A stretch of DNA of 64,000 nucleotides. Source: Actinomycetes bacterium (lineage in GTDB: Bacteria; Actinomycetota; Actinomycetes; Mycobacteriales; Mycobacteriaceae). The stretch's first letter is position 1, and each line of letters begins with the position of its first letter. Under the pieces are notes generated by a model. It worked only from the letters and a program-made list of their open reading frames with translations. It had not been told where the DNA came from and did not search any database. The stretch spans positions 11,500-75,499 of the forward strand of contig JAHZIT010000042.1 of assembly GCA_022601275.1 (NCBI GenBank), read 5' to 3'. Below are positions 19,511-28,768 of the stretch, piece after piece. The position numbers and the translations under genes were made by a program.

Positions 19511-21571
19511 ATGACCTCGGCCGGCCCGCAGAGCGCCCCTCGGCGGACTGGTTCGCTCCAGCCGGTCGAGCTGGCTCAGGCCGCCGTGATGGCGGCTCTG
19601 TGCGCAGCCATTGCGATCATCGCCGTCGTGGTTCCGTTCGCGGCGGGGCTCTCACTGCTCGGCACCGTCCCGATGGGCCTGCTCGCCTACCGTTATCGCC
19701 TGCGGGTGCTGATCGCCGCAACGGTCGCCGGCGGTCTGGTCGCCTTCCTCATCGCCGGCGTGGGCGGGTTCATGACGGTGTTCAACTGCGCCTATATTGG
19801 GGGGCTGACCGGCATCGTCAAACGCCGCGGTCGGGGAACCCCGACGGTCATCGCAGCTGCGCTTGTCGCGGGTGCGCTGTTCGGCGCGGCCACTGTCGTC
19901 GCGCTGGCGGTCCTGAGTCGGCTGCGGAATCTCATCTTCGAGTCGGTGACCGCCAACGTCACCGGAACGGCCGCACTCCTGGCCCGCATTCCGGGCATGG
20001 AGGCGATCGCCGAGCGGATGAAACAGGACTTCGCGATCGTGCTCGATCACTGGCCGTATCTGTTCTTCTTCACCGGCGTGTCGAGCATCATGTTCGTCAG
20101 CCTGGTCGGTTGGTGGGCGTTGTCGCGCGTGCTGTCGCGTCTGCTCGGCGTGCCCGACGTGCACAAATTGGAGTCGTCGGCTGATGCAGGTCCGATCGCC
20201 CCGGTTCCCCTGCGGCTGCGCGACGTGCGTTTCCGCTACCCCACCTCGGATCGCGACGCGCTGGGGCCGGTATCGCTGTCTGTGCAACCCGGTGAGCACC
20301 TGGCGATCACGGGCGCCAACGGCTCAGGTAAGACGACGCTGATGCTGCTGCTGTCGGGGCGTGAACCCACCGCGGGGACCGTAGAACGCCCGGGCGCGGT
20401 GGGCTTGGGCAAGCTTGGCGGCACCGCCGTGGTGATGCAGCACCCCGAGAGTCAGGTGCTGGGCACCCGGGTCGCCGATGACGTCGTCTGGGGCCTGCCG
20501 CCCGGCACGGCGACAGATGTTGGTCAGCTCCTCTCCGAGGTGGGCCTCGGCGGATTGGCCGAGCGGGACACCGGCGGGCTCTCGGGCGGCGAGTTGCAAC
20601 GGCTGGCGGTGGCTGCGGCGCTGGCTCGCGAGCCGTCGCTGCTGATCGCCGACGAGGTCACCAGCATGGTCGACCAGGAGGGGCGCGAAGGCCTGATGTC
20701 GGTGCTGTCCGGGCTGACCCGGCGCCACCGCACCTCGCTGGTGCACATCACCCACTACAACGACGAGGCCGACGCCGCCGACCGCGCGGTGAACCTGGCC
20801 GGCAACGGCTCCCCGGTTGCCGATCCTGCGGGCACCGGGGTGATGGTCGAGACCGCCGAGGCGCCGAGAGCCGCCGCAGCAACCGACCGACCCCGCGGCG
20901 CGCCACTGCTCGAACTGGACCGTGTCAGCCACGAGTACGGCAGCGGAACACCTTGGGCGAAAGCGGCATTGAGGGAGATCGACTTCACGGTTCACGAAGG
21001 TGATGGCGTGCTGATCCATGGCCTCAACGGGTCCGGCAAGTCCACCCTGGCCTGGATTATGGCCGGCCTGACGCTCCCGACGTCGGGCGCCTGCCTGCTC
21101 GACGGCGCTCCGGTGTCCGAACAGGTCGGGGCTGTTGCGATCTCATTTCAGGCAGCGCGCCTGCAGCTGATGCGCAGCCATGTGGCGCTGGAGATCGCCT
21201 CGTCGGCCGGGTTCTCGATATACGACCAGGCGAAGGTGACGCAAGCGCTGCAGACCGTGGGCCTTGACCCGACCCTGGCCGCCCGGCGCGTCGATGAGCT
21301 CAGCGGCGGACAGATGCGGCGCGTCGTCTTGGCCGGACTACTGGCCCGGTCGCCGCGAGCGCTCATCCTCGACGAGCCGCTGGCCGGTCTGGACGCCGAC
21401 TCGCAGCGCGGTCTGCTGCGGCTGCTGGTCGAACTCCGATTCGACAAAGGACTTACCGTGGTGGTGATCTCCCACGATTTCGCGGGACTCGAGGAACTCT
21501 GCCCGCGCACGCTGCACCTGCAGAACGGGGTATTGGCCGCAGCGCCGACGGCCGCAGGAGACCTCCCATGA
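19511..21571 (+). CDS. ECF-type transporter fusion: N-terminal polytopic membrane domain + two ABC ATPase domains
   Basis: About 230 aa of TM helices, then Walker [10 protein letters not shown] with signature LSGGELQR, then a second Walker [10 protein letters not shown] with signature LSGGQMRR. A 4-nt ATGA overlap couples it to the downstream T component. It resembles Rv2326c as I recall it. Confidence 0.85.
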   Translation: MTSAGPQSAPRRTGSLQPVELAQAAVMAALCAAIAIIAVVVPFAAGLSLLGTVPMGLLAYRYRLRVLIAATVAGGLVAFLIAGVGGFMTVFNCAYIGGLTGIVKRRGRGTPTVIAAALVAGALFGAATVVALAVLSRLRNLIFESVTANVTGTAALLARIPGMEAIAERMKQDFAIVLDHWPYLFFFTGVSSIMFVSLVGWWALSRVLSRLLGVPDVHKLESSADAGPIAPVPLRLRDVRFRYPTSDRDALGPVSLSVQPGEHLAITGANGSGKTTLMLLLSGREPTAGTVERPGAVGLGKLGGTAVVMQHPESQVLGTRVADDVVWGLPPGTATDVGQLLSEVGLGGLAERDTGGLSGGELQRLAVAAALAREPSLLIADEVTSMVDQEGREGLMSVLSGLTRRHRTSLVHITHYNDEADAADRAVNLAGNGSPVADPAGTGVMVETAEAPRAAAATDRPRGAPLLELDRVSHEYGSGTPWAKAALREIDFTVHEGDGVLIHGLNGSGKSTLAWIMAGLTLPTSGACLLDGAPVSEQVGAVAISFQAARLQLMRSHVALEIASSAGFSIYDQAKVTQALQTVGLDPTLAARRVDELSGGQMRRVVLAGLLARSPRALILDEPLAGLDADSQRGLLRLLVELRFDKGLTVVVISHDFAGLEELCPRTLHLQNGVLAAAPTAAGDLP

Positions 21572-22413
21572 CCGCTCCCACACGTAAGCAGCGCAGGCAG
21601 GTGGTGCTGCTGCGGCCGGTACCCGGCCAGACCGTCATCCACGAGCTCTGGGCCGGTTCCAAGCTGCTCATCGTTGCCGGAATCGGTGTGATGCTGACGT
21701 TCTACCCCGGCTGGGTACCCATCGGTGCCGTCGCACTCCTCGTGGTCGCGGCGGCCAGGCTGGCGCGCATCCCCCGCGGGGTGCTGCCCACCGTGCCCAG
21801 GTTGCTGTGGTGGTTGTTGGCTCTGGGGGCGCTGACCGCGACATTCGCCGGCGGTAGTCCAGAGTTCGCGATCGGCTCGCTCGAGGTCGGTCTGGGCGGC
21901 CTGCTCAACTTCCTGCGTATCACTGCGCTGTCGATCGTGCTGCTCGGTCTCGGCGCCATGATTTCCTGGACCACGAATGTCGCCGAGGTCGCGCCGGCGG
22001 TGGCGACGCTGGGTCGCCCGCTGCGTCCATTGCGCATACCGGTCGACGATTGGGCAGTGACACTTGCCCTGGCGCTGAGAGCATTTCCGATGCTGATCGA
22101 CGAGTTCAGGGTGCTCTACGCGGCGCGACAGCTGCGACCCAAGGACGTCGATGCCACACGACGGGCGCGCCGGCGCCGATGGGCCTCCGAGCTGATCGAC
22201 TTGCTGGCCGCCGCGATCACCGTGGCGCTGCGCCGCGCCGACGAGATGGGCGATGCGATCACCGCACGTGGTGGGGCGGGGCAGATCTCGGCCGCCCCGA
22301 CGCGGCCCAAGCGCCGCGATTGGCTGGTGATCGCGGTTGTCGTCGCGGTATGTGCAGTCGCCTTGGCGCTCGAGTTGACCATTCTGGGTACCAGCGGCAT
22401 GCACAGCCGCTGA
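21568..22413 (+). CDS. ECF transporter transmembrane (T, CbiQ-like) component
   Basis: Polytopic membrane protein translationally coupled to the ATPase gene. Arg-rich coupling-helix region ([22 protein letters not shown]). Confidence 0.75.
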   Translation: MTAPTRKQRRQVVLLRPVPGQTVIHELWAGSKLLIVAGIGVMLTFYPGWVPIGAVALLVVAAARLARIPRGVLPTVPRLLWWLLALGALTATFAGGSPEFAIGSLEVGLGGLLNFLRITALSIVLLGLGAMISWTTNVAEVAPAVATLGRPLRPLRIPVDDWAVTLALALRAFPMLIDEFRVLYAARQLRPKDVDATRRARRRRWASELIDLLAAAITVALRRADEMGDAITARGGAGQISAAPTRPKRRDWLVIAVVVAVCAVALALELTILGTSGMHSR

Positions 22414-22458
22414 CATTGCAGTCACTTGACATTGCAGTCACTTGACACTGCAGTCACG
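22411..22458. repeat. 16-bp tandem repeat x3 (tgacattgcagtcact, tgacattgcagtcact, tgacactgcagtcacg)
   Basis: Read directly. Copy 1 begins with the ecfT TGA stop. Each unit carries a TGAC-N6-GTCA dyad. Confidence 0.9.
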
Positions 22459-22533
22459 CAGCCCGCCGATCACACTTCCTCGCCGTCGCCGCAGTGTCGA
22501 CGTAATGCCCACCGGTGCCGCTACGGTGAATAC

Positions 22534-24050
22534 GTGACGGGGTCCCGACGAATCGATGCCGACTTCCTTGCGCTACCCCGCCTGGAGTTGGCTGACGCGG
22601 CGCTGTCCGCGGCGGTGCGGGCCGGTGCCAGCTACGCCGACATGCGCATTCACGGGCTGGCCACAGAGACGATGCAGTTGCGCGACGAAGCGCTGGAAAC
22701 CGCGGTCGTCGACCGCCAGATCGGGCTGGCGGTGAGAGTCATTGTCGAGGGTACCTGGGGGTTTGCCTCCCACACCGAACTCGGTACCGCGGCTGCCGCA
22801 GACACGGCTCGTCGAGCGGTGAAGGTGGCGACCACGCTGGCCGCCCTGAACGCCGAACGCATCGAACTTGCTCCCGAGCCCGTGTACCGCGACGCGGACT
22901 GGGTTTCGGAGTACAAGCTGGACCCGTTCAACGTTGCCCCACACGACAAAGTCGCTGTGCTCGCCGACTACTCGGGTCGGCTACTGGCAGCACCGGGTGT
23001 CGACACGTGTCGGCTTGGTTGCACAGCGCCAAGGAGCAGACGTTCTACGCCGATACCTTCGGGTCATCGATCACCCAGCAGCGGGTGCGAGTACTGCCGA
23101 AGCTGGAAGCGATCAGCGTGGACGCGGCAGCGGGGACGTTCGACAGTATGAGCACCCTGGCACCGCCGACGGCGCGCGGCTGGGAAGCCGTCGAGGGCGA
23201 CGAGGTGTGGAACTGGACCGGGGAGCTGGCGCAGCTGCCCACGCTGCTGGCCGAGAAGGCCAAGGCGCCCAGCGTAACCGCCGGCCCAACTGATCTGGTG
23301 ATCGACCCGAGCAACCTGTGGCTGACGATTCACGAGTCGATCGGCCACGCCACCGAGTACGACCGGGCAATCGGATACGAATCGGCCTACGCCGGAACGT
23401 CGTTCGCCACACCGGACAAGCTCGGCTCGATGCGGTATGGCTCGCAGCTGATGAATGTGACCGCTGACCGCACGATTGAGTACGGCTTGGCCACTGTAGG
23501 TTTCGACGACGAAGGCGTGCGTGCACAGAGCTGGGATCTGGTTCGAGACGGTGTCTTCGTCGGCTATCAGCTCGACCGGGTGTTCGCGCCGCGGCTGGGT
23601 GTGCCGCGTTCGAACGGTTGCTCCTACGCCGACTCCGCCCATCACGTGCCCATCCAGCGGATGCCCAACGTTTCGCTGCAACCGGGAGACGATGATCTGG
23701 CCACCGAAGACCTGATCGCGAGGGTGACCGACGGCATCTACATCGTCGGCGACAAGTCGTGGTCGATCGATATGCAGCGCTACAACTTTCAATTCACCGG
23801 GCAGCGCTTCTTCCGGATCCGTGACGGCAAGCTCGACGGGCAGGTACGCGACGTGGCCTACCAGGCAACGACAACGGACTTCTGGGGCGCGCTGGACGCT
23901 GTTGGCGGACCATCGACATGGCGATTGGGCGGAGCATTCAACTGCGGCAAGGCGCAGCCCGGTCAGGTCGCCGCGGTGAGTCATGGCTGTCCCTCAGCGC
24001 TGTTCCGGGGCATCACCGTGCTCAACACCCGTGAAGAAGGCGGACGATAG
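22534..24050 (+). pseudogene. tldD: TldD-type metallopeptidase (U62), reading frame broken by an apparent 1-nt deletion near 23004
   Basis: ORF 22426-23151 carries the N-terminal half (ASYADMRIHG...GLAVRVIVEGTWGFA). ORF 23007-24050, in a different frame, carries the rest, including the zinc motif HESIGHATEYDR and GIYIVGDKSWSIDMQRYNFQF. The frames join smoothly as ...APGVD|HVSAWLHSAKEQTFYAD if one C is restored in gac(c)ac at 23002-23006. Confidence 0.75.
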
Positions 24051-24052
24051 AG

Positions 24053-25447
24053 GTGTTCGGCGCACAGCAGGTCGTTGATCTCGCGCTGGCTGAGGCCCGG
24101 CGACTGGGCGGTGCCGACGAGACGATCGTGTTGGTCACCGATCGTGCCGACGCCGCGCTGCGATGGGCAAACAACACCATGACCACCAACGGCGAATCGA
24201 CGAGTCGCACAGTCACGGTAATTTCGATTGTGCGACAAGGTGACAAGGCGCGCGTCGGCTCCGTTCGGTCAAGCTCGGCGAGCCCGTCAGTCATCACTGA
24301 CCAGGTGGCGGCCTCCCAACTGGCCGCAGCAGCGGCGCCGCAGGCCAGAGACGCCGCCCCGCCCCTGCCAGGCGGTGATGCTCCGACGGACTGGGATGCG
24401 CCGATCCCCGGCACCGGGGCCGAAGTATTCCTCGGAGTAGCCGCAGAGCTGGCGCGGGGCTTCGGTGGCCTGTCGGGTGGTAGAGCCAGTCTGTTCGGAT
24501 ACGCTCGGCACGTCGTGGAGACGACGTTCGTCGCCACCTCCGGTGGGCTGCGCAAGCGGCTGACGCAGCCCACAGGTTCGGTGGAGATCAACGCGAAACG
24601 CCACGGTGCCAGCGCCTGGGTAGGTATCAGCACGCCGGATTTCGTTTGTGTGCCAATGGATTCGATGCTCGACCAACTCGGCCTCAGGCTGGCGTGGTCG
24701 CAACGGACGATCGAACTTCCCGCGGGCCGCTACGAGACGATCATGCCGCCCTCGACCGTGGCGGACATGATGATCTACCTGGCGTGGACGATGGGCGGCC
24801 GCGGCGCACAAGAGGGACGTACAGCGCTGGCGGCGCCCGGCGGCGGGACCCGGGTGGGGGAGAGGCTGGCGTCGTTGCCCTTGACGCTGTACTCGGACCC
24901 TCGCGCGGCCGGGTTGGAGTGCGGGCCCTTCGTCGCGACGTCGACTTCTTCGGAGCGGTCCTCGGTGTTCGACAACGGGATGACCATAGACCGGGTCGAC
25001 TGGATCCGCGAGGGCGTCATCAACGCGCTGGCCTATCCGCGGGCGGCCGCTGCGGAGTTCGACACGCCGGTGGCTGTCGGTGCGGACAACCTCCTGATGG
25101 ACACAGGCCTGAAGGGCGCGGAGAGCCTGCAGGACATGATCGCCGGAACCGAGCGGGGCCTACTGCTGACCACGCTGTGGTACATCCGGGAGGTGGATCC
25201 ATCGGTGCTGCTGCTGACCGGCCTGACCCGGGACGGCGTGTACCTGGTCCAGGACGGCGAAGTGACCGCGGCGGTGAACAACTTCCGATTCAACGAGAGC
25301 CCCTTGGACCTGTTGCGTCGAGCTACCCAAGCCGGCGTCAGCGAGGTCACCCTGCCCCGGGAGTGGGGAGACTGGGTGACTCGCGCGCAGATGCCGTCGT
25401 TGCGGATTCCCGACTTCCACATGTCCTCGGTGAGTCCGGCGCACTAA
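24053..25447 (+). CDS. pmbA: PmbA/TldE-type partner of TldD (U62 family, lacks the HExxxH motif)
   Basis: It starts 2 nt after the tldD stop. Overall TldD/PmbA-like length and C-terminal pattern (GLLLTTLWYIREVD...GLTRDGVYLVQDGEV...FRFNESP). Confidence 0.75.
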   Translation: MFGAQQVVDLALAEARRLGGADETIVLVTDRADAALRWANNTMTTNGESTSRTVTVISIVRQGDKARVGSVRSSSASPSVITDQVAASQLAAAAAPQARDAAPPLPGGDAPTDWDAPIPGTGAEVFLGVAAELARGFGGLSGGRASLFGYARHVVETTFVATSGGLRKRLTQPTGSVEINAKRHGASAWVGISTPDFVCVPMDSMLDQLGLRLAWSQRTIELPAGRYETIMPPSTVADMMIYLAWTMGGRGAQEGRTALAAPGGGTRVGERLASLPLTLYSDPRAAGLECGPFVATSTSSERSSVFDNGMTIDRVDWIREGVINALAYPRAAAAEFDTPVAVGADNLLMDTGLKGAESLQDMIAGTERGLLLTTLWYIREVDPSVLLLTGLTRDGVYLVQDGEVTAAVNNFRFNESPLDLLRRATQAGVSEVTLPREWGDWVTRAQMPSLRIPDFHMSSVSPAH

Positions 25448-25503
25448 TCCCGACCTTCCTCCGATTGCTCATGTGCGACCATGGTGGCCGCGCAGGTCGC
25501 GTC

Positions 25504-25577
25504 GGGGCGGTAGCTCAGTCGGTTAGAGCCGTGGACTCATAATCCATTGGTCGCGGGTTCGAGCCCCGCCCGCCCCA
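25504..25577 (+). tRNA. tRNA with CAT anticodon: elongator tRNA-Met or lysidine-modified tRNA-Ile2
   Basis: Hand-folded. Acceptor GGGGCGG/CCGCCCC, D stem GCTC/GAGC, anticodon stem GTGGA/TCCAT with loop CTCATAA, T arm GCGGG-TTCGAGC-CCCGC. It is not an initiator: there is no 1-72 mismatch and no GGG/CCC anticodon stem. Confidence 0.88.
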
Positions 25578-25670
25578 CTTCACAGGTTGGCTATTGAAAC
25601 TTGCTTGCCTCGATCCGACCCCTGTTCGTACTCGATCAGCGTCGTTGAATCCTGCGGAAGCCAAACGGTT

Positions 25671-26000
25671 TCACAGCGGGAACGCCCAGTCCGTAGGGCA
25701 CGTTTCGCCGTAGCTCGCCGAAGTGTTACCACTGCAGCCCGAGTAGCGCACCTGCGCCAGCAACTCGTGCAGCTTCTCACCTGGCCGCGCCGTCGCACCC
25801 TCCGGTTGCGCCCTGGACTTGTTCAGCTGAACATCGCGAACCGGGTTGGCGACCGGGCTTTGTCGGCCAGCTACAAGCTCGTTGATCGAAACATGGATTC
25901 GGAGCGCGGCGGCACAGTACTTTTGGGTGATCAGGCGATGAACCGGTTGGGGGTGCCCGGCATCAACTTGACGCCGCCGGGCGCCCGATTGATCAACAAA
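25671..26000 (-). pseudogene. open 109-codon frame without a usable start codon, XRE-type HTH-like segment
   Basis: My own translation: ...AGHPQPVHRLITQKYCAAALRIHVSINELVAGRQSPVANPV.... The stretch ITQ-x3-A-x2-L-x-I-x2-S-x-INELV-x-GR-x-SP resembles the HTH_3 consensus (LTQ..LA..LGVS...IS.IE.G...P). There is no ATG/GTG/TTG in the first about 80 codons. Just upstream, a 44-codon ORF (26004-26138) ends ...TGIMPRRLLVRAEVSAFRKEKRP, which is excisionase/AlpA-like. Confidence 0.25.
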
Positions 26001-26236
26001 TCATTATGTGGTGCCTTGGTCACCTGATGTGGTCCACTTTGGCCGCTTCTCTTTACGAAACGCAGACACCTCTGCCCGGACCAGCAGCCGCCGCGGCATG
26101 ATTCCAGTCTTCTTCCGCATGCTCGCGAGCGAAATCATGACCGCCGCGGCTACCGGGTCTTCGCGATTGGTCCGGTCCGCGCGCGTGTCGCGGTGGCTAT
26201 GGTGCTCAACGTCGCCGCACTGGATTGGGCGAGGAC

Positions 26237-27154
26237 CTAATTCCAGATGATGGCTTTGTCGGATTCCCGGGGTGTCGCCAGCGGATGGTCGCGGCCCAGC
26301 AGATTGGCGCTGATGGTGGCGCAGAACCGGTACATGGGTAGGTCAAAGATACGGTTGCTCATTGGCCGCTCGATGAAGTACCCCAGCCGTTCCGCCACGA
26401 TGAACAACAGCATCAGCAGCAGCCCGAGGGCGACGCTGGCAAGCTCATGGTTGGCATCGAAACGATTGAACGCCACTATCGCGAACAGCCACGCCATCAC
26501 GCGAATGAACACGTCGTAGTGCACAGGGATGGGCTCATTGCGAATGCGCTCCAGGCCACCCTGCGACGCGGCGAGGGCGGTGTTGACCGACATCAGCATC
26601 ACCCTGGCCTGGTAGTCGATATGACCTTCAGCCGAGAGGCGTTGAACATCCTGCGCCTGGAGGTTGAGCAGATCGGTCGCTGTTGCCCGGGTCGGGTCCT
26701 CGTCGGTGAGCTCAACAACCCCCGGCACCGGGGCGACGCCGCGCATTTCGGCGGCCAATGTCCAGGTGTAGCGGACCTGGCGGCGGCGCATACGGTCCAG
26801 GACACCAGACATCGCGGTGGTTCCGGTGTCCACGGCAGCCAGGCTGTTGTGCAGTGCTCGCGAGTCGTTGATGACGGCGCCCCACAAGGTGCGCGCTTCC
26901 CACCAGCGGTTGTAGGCGTTCGTGTTGCGGAAACCTATGAAAATCGACGCAGCGATGCCCAGAACGGACAGCGCGGCCACGGAGTTCTCCATCTGGATGT
27001 TGTCGGGGATCGGGACCAGGATGGCGGCAACCACGAGCATCACCAGCAGGTCGTATTTCAGCTGCCAAAGCACCAGCCCAACAACTTTGAGGGGCCCGAC
27101 GCGTCCCACGCTTCGGATCATCGGGGCCTCGGGTGCACGTGCCGAGTAAACCAT
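26237..27154 (-). CDS. bestrophin/UPF0187 (YneE)-family putative anion channel
   Basis: IFIGFRNTNAYNRWWEARTLWGAVINDSR matches the family hallmark (AY.RWWE.R..WG). Four hydrophobic helices. The start could be the internal MIRSVG (27121). Confidence 0.8.
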   Translation of the reverse strand: MVYSARAPEAPMIRSVGRVGPLKVVGLVLWQLKYDLLVMLVVAAILVPIPDNIQMENSVAALSVLGIAASIFIGFRNTNAYNRWWEARTLWGAVINDSRALHNSLAAVDTGTTAMSGVLDRMRRRQVRYTWTLAAEMRGVAPVPGVVELTDEDPTRATATDLLNLQAQDVQRLSAEGHIDYQARVMLMSVNTALAASQGGLERIRNEPIPVHYDVFIRVMAWLFAIVAFNRFDANHELASVALGLLLMLLFIVAERLGYFIERPMSNRIFDLPMYRFCATISANLLGRDHPLATPRESDKAIIWN

Positions 27155-27244
27155 CCTGCCCGGGGTCTCGGGTTGCAGTACTGACGGTTACCGCGACGTG
27201 CCCCGACCGCCCCACAGTGCGGTGCTGCCGTGCTGGGAAGGTGA

Positions 27245-28612
27245 TCAGCCCTCGGTATCGGAATCGCCGGTGCTGTCGCTGTCACCGGAGGTGTCGCTGG
27301 AGCTGGATCCGGCGTCCTGGCCAGTGTCCTGGCCAGTGTCGTTGTCACTGGGATCGTCGGTGTCAGCGGGTAGGTCGGCGTCACTGGGATCGTCGGTGTC
27401 AGCGGGTAGGTCGGCGTCACTGGGATCGTCGGCGTCCACTGGCAGGTCGGCATCACCGGGCAGATCGGCGTCATCGGGCAGGTCGGCATCAACCGGCTCG
27501 TAGGTCGGGTCGGCTTCGTCGCCGGTTGCGTCCTGGGATGGGTCCTGAGTCTGGCTTTCGCCCTCGCTCGACGACTCCTCGGCGCCCTCTTCTGCCGGTG
27601 TCGCAGAGTCCTCGGGCTGTCCCTCCGCCGGAGCCAGGGTGGCGTCGCCGGCGACCTCTTCGTTCCCTTCCTCAGTGGGAGCGTCAGCGGACTCGTCGGG
27701 GGTGGCGGTGTCGACCGATTCGGTAGCCACCTCGCCAGCCACCTCTCCGGTCCCATTCGGGGCGGGGTCCTCAGTAGCGTCGGTGGCCGATTCGCCGGCC
27801 TCGGTCGCGGTCAGCGCCAGCGCAGCGGACGTCGAAGCGGAGCCGACCCCAGGCAGCGGGAAGTCAGGCAGCGGCGGCAAAGGTATCGGGAACCAGCCGA
27901 AGCTCACGATGTAGTCGATCTCCTCGCGTACCCCTTCGGCCACCCCGGTCGCCGCGGTGCTGATGATGTCGCTGATTCCGCCGACCCACGCTTCGAGATT
28001 GAAGGGATCGTTCACCACCGGATCAAGGAAGTCGTAGACGAAGCTGTCGACCGTGGGAAGGACGAAGTTGGGGTACCAAATGTAGATCTGGTCGGAGACC
28101 AGGTATCCGAGCGGCACCCAATTGATCAGCCACGGGCCCAATTCCAGGGACACGTAATTGGCCCAGTATCGCGAAATCGAATAGACGTCGTCGATGATGT
28201 CCGACGCCGCGTTCTGAGCGGTCGGCTCGTCGAGCGCGGCGATGCCGGGGAGGTCGTCTGAAGGTTCGTCGGTGGTCGCGGTGTCGGCCCCGCCGGCGCC
28301 GTTGCGCTCTGCCGGTGCGACGGTCGCGGTTTGCGGGTGATCCTCACCGTTCAACCTGACCGTGATCATTCGACCGTCGCTCACCGGGGCGAGCTGTTCG
28401 ATCAGTGCCAGGGCGGCGTCCAGGTCCTCGTCCGTGGGCGGCTCTACCTGCGCGCCTGGGTCGATCGGGAGGGCATCGGCGGCGAAGTTCACCGGTCGCT
28501 GGATCTCGACGGCTCGCCTGAAATCGGGGGGCGCCGCAGCGGTTACCGCAAGCGCTCCGACGCTCAGCGCGGCTGCTCCGCTCGTGAGCACCGCGCGAGT
28601 AGAAGCCCTCAT
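27245..28612 (-). CDS. secreted protein: aromatic-rich central domain + about 190-aa hyper-acidic repetitive tail (hypothetical)
   Basis: ATG 28612 is preceded by AGGTGG, with a signal peptide (MRASTRAVLTSGAAALSVGALAVTAAA). The central segment is YWANYVSLELGPWLINWVPLGYLVSDQIYIWYPNFVLP. After about residue 265 I find no Lys/Arg/His at all. The tail has DADLPxDxDDPS repeats. Confidence 0.75.
   Translation of the reverse strand: MRASTRAVLTSGAAALSVGALAVTAAAPPDFRRAVEIQRPVNFAADALPIDPGAQVEPPTDEDLDAALALIEQLAPVSDGRMITVRLNGEDHPQTATVAPAERNGAGGADTATTDEPSDDLPGIAALDEPTAQNAASDIIDDVYSISRYWANYVSLELGPWLINWVPLGYLVSDQIYIWYPNFVLPTVDSFVYDFLDPVVNDPFNLEAWVGGISDIISTAATGVAEGVREEIDYIVSFGWFPIPLPPLPDFPLPGVGSASTSAALALTATEAGESATDATEDPAPNGTGEVAGEVATESVDTATPDESADAPTEEGNEEVAGDATLAPAEGQPEDSATPAEEGAEESSSEGESQTQDPSQDATGDEADPTYEPVDADLPDDADLPGDADLPVDADDPSDADLPADTDDPSDADLPADTDDPSDNDTGQDTGQDAGSSSSDTSGDSDSTGDSDTEG
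27345..27452. repeat. in-frame 36-bp coding tandem repeat (2 perfect copies + 1 diverged), followed by 18-bp half-units; a 12-bp duplication (tcctggccagtg x2) lies at 27315-27338
   Basis: gtcactgggatcgtcggtgtcagcgggtaggtcggc occurs at 27345-27380 and 27381-27416. It encodes the DADLPADTDDPS repeats of the acidic tail. Confidence 0.85.
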
Positions 28613-28768
28613 CTGAATCCCACCTGCTGTCGACTGCACCCGCCTCCGTTCAATTTACGCGTTGGATTGCCCGTTTACCGTATTTCGCCGTTGGACACGG
28701 GCGCGGACGCCATCCGGGTAGGTGTGGCTGTTTCGCCGAACCAGCCGCGGCGCCCGTACCCTGCGACG

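Larger units (their letters stand above)
25579..27215. mobile_element. candidate decayed tRNA-integrated element bounded by a 17/19-nt direct repeat of the tRNA 3' end
   Basis: tRNA 3' end cgagccccgcccgccccac (25560-25578) versus cgtgccccgaccgccccac (27197-27215, intergenic). The interval holds about 650 bp without an intact gene, containing HTH-like frame remnants, plus the bestrophin-like gene. No integrase is visible. Confidence 0.3.

Noticed and set aside
28331-28768. N-terminal 146-aa extension of the SDR ORF
   Set aside because: It overlaps the 5' end of the opposite-strand acidic-protein gene and has shadow-frame composition. ATG 28769 gives a sensible N-terminus.
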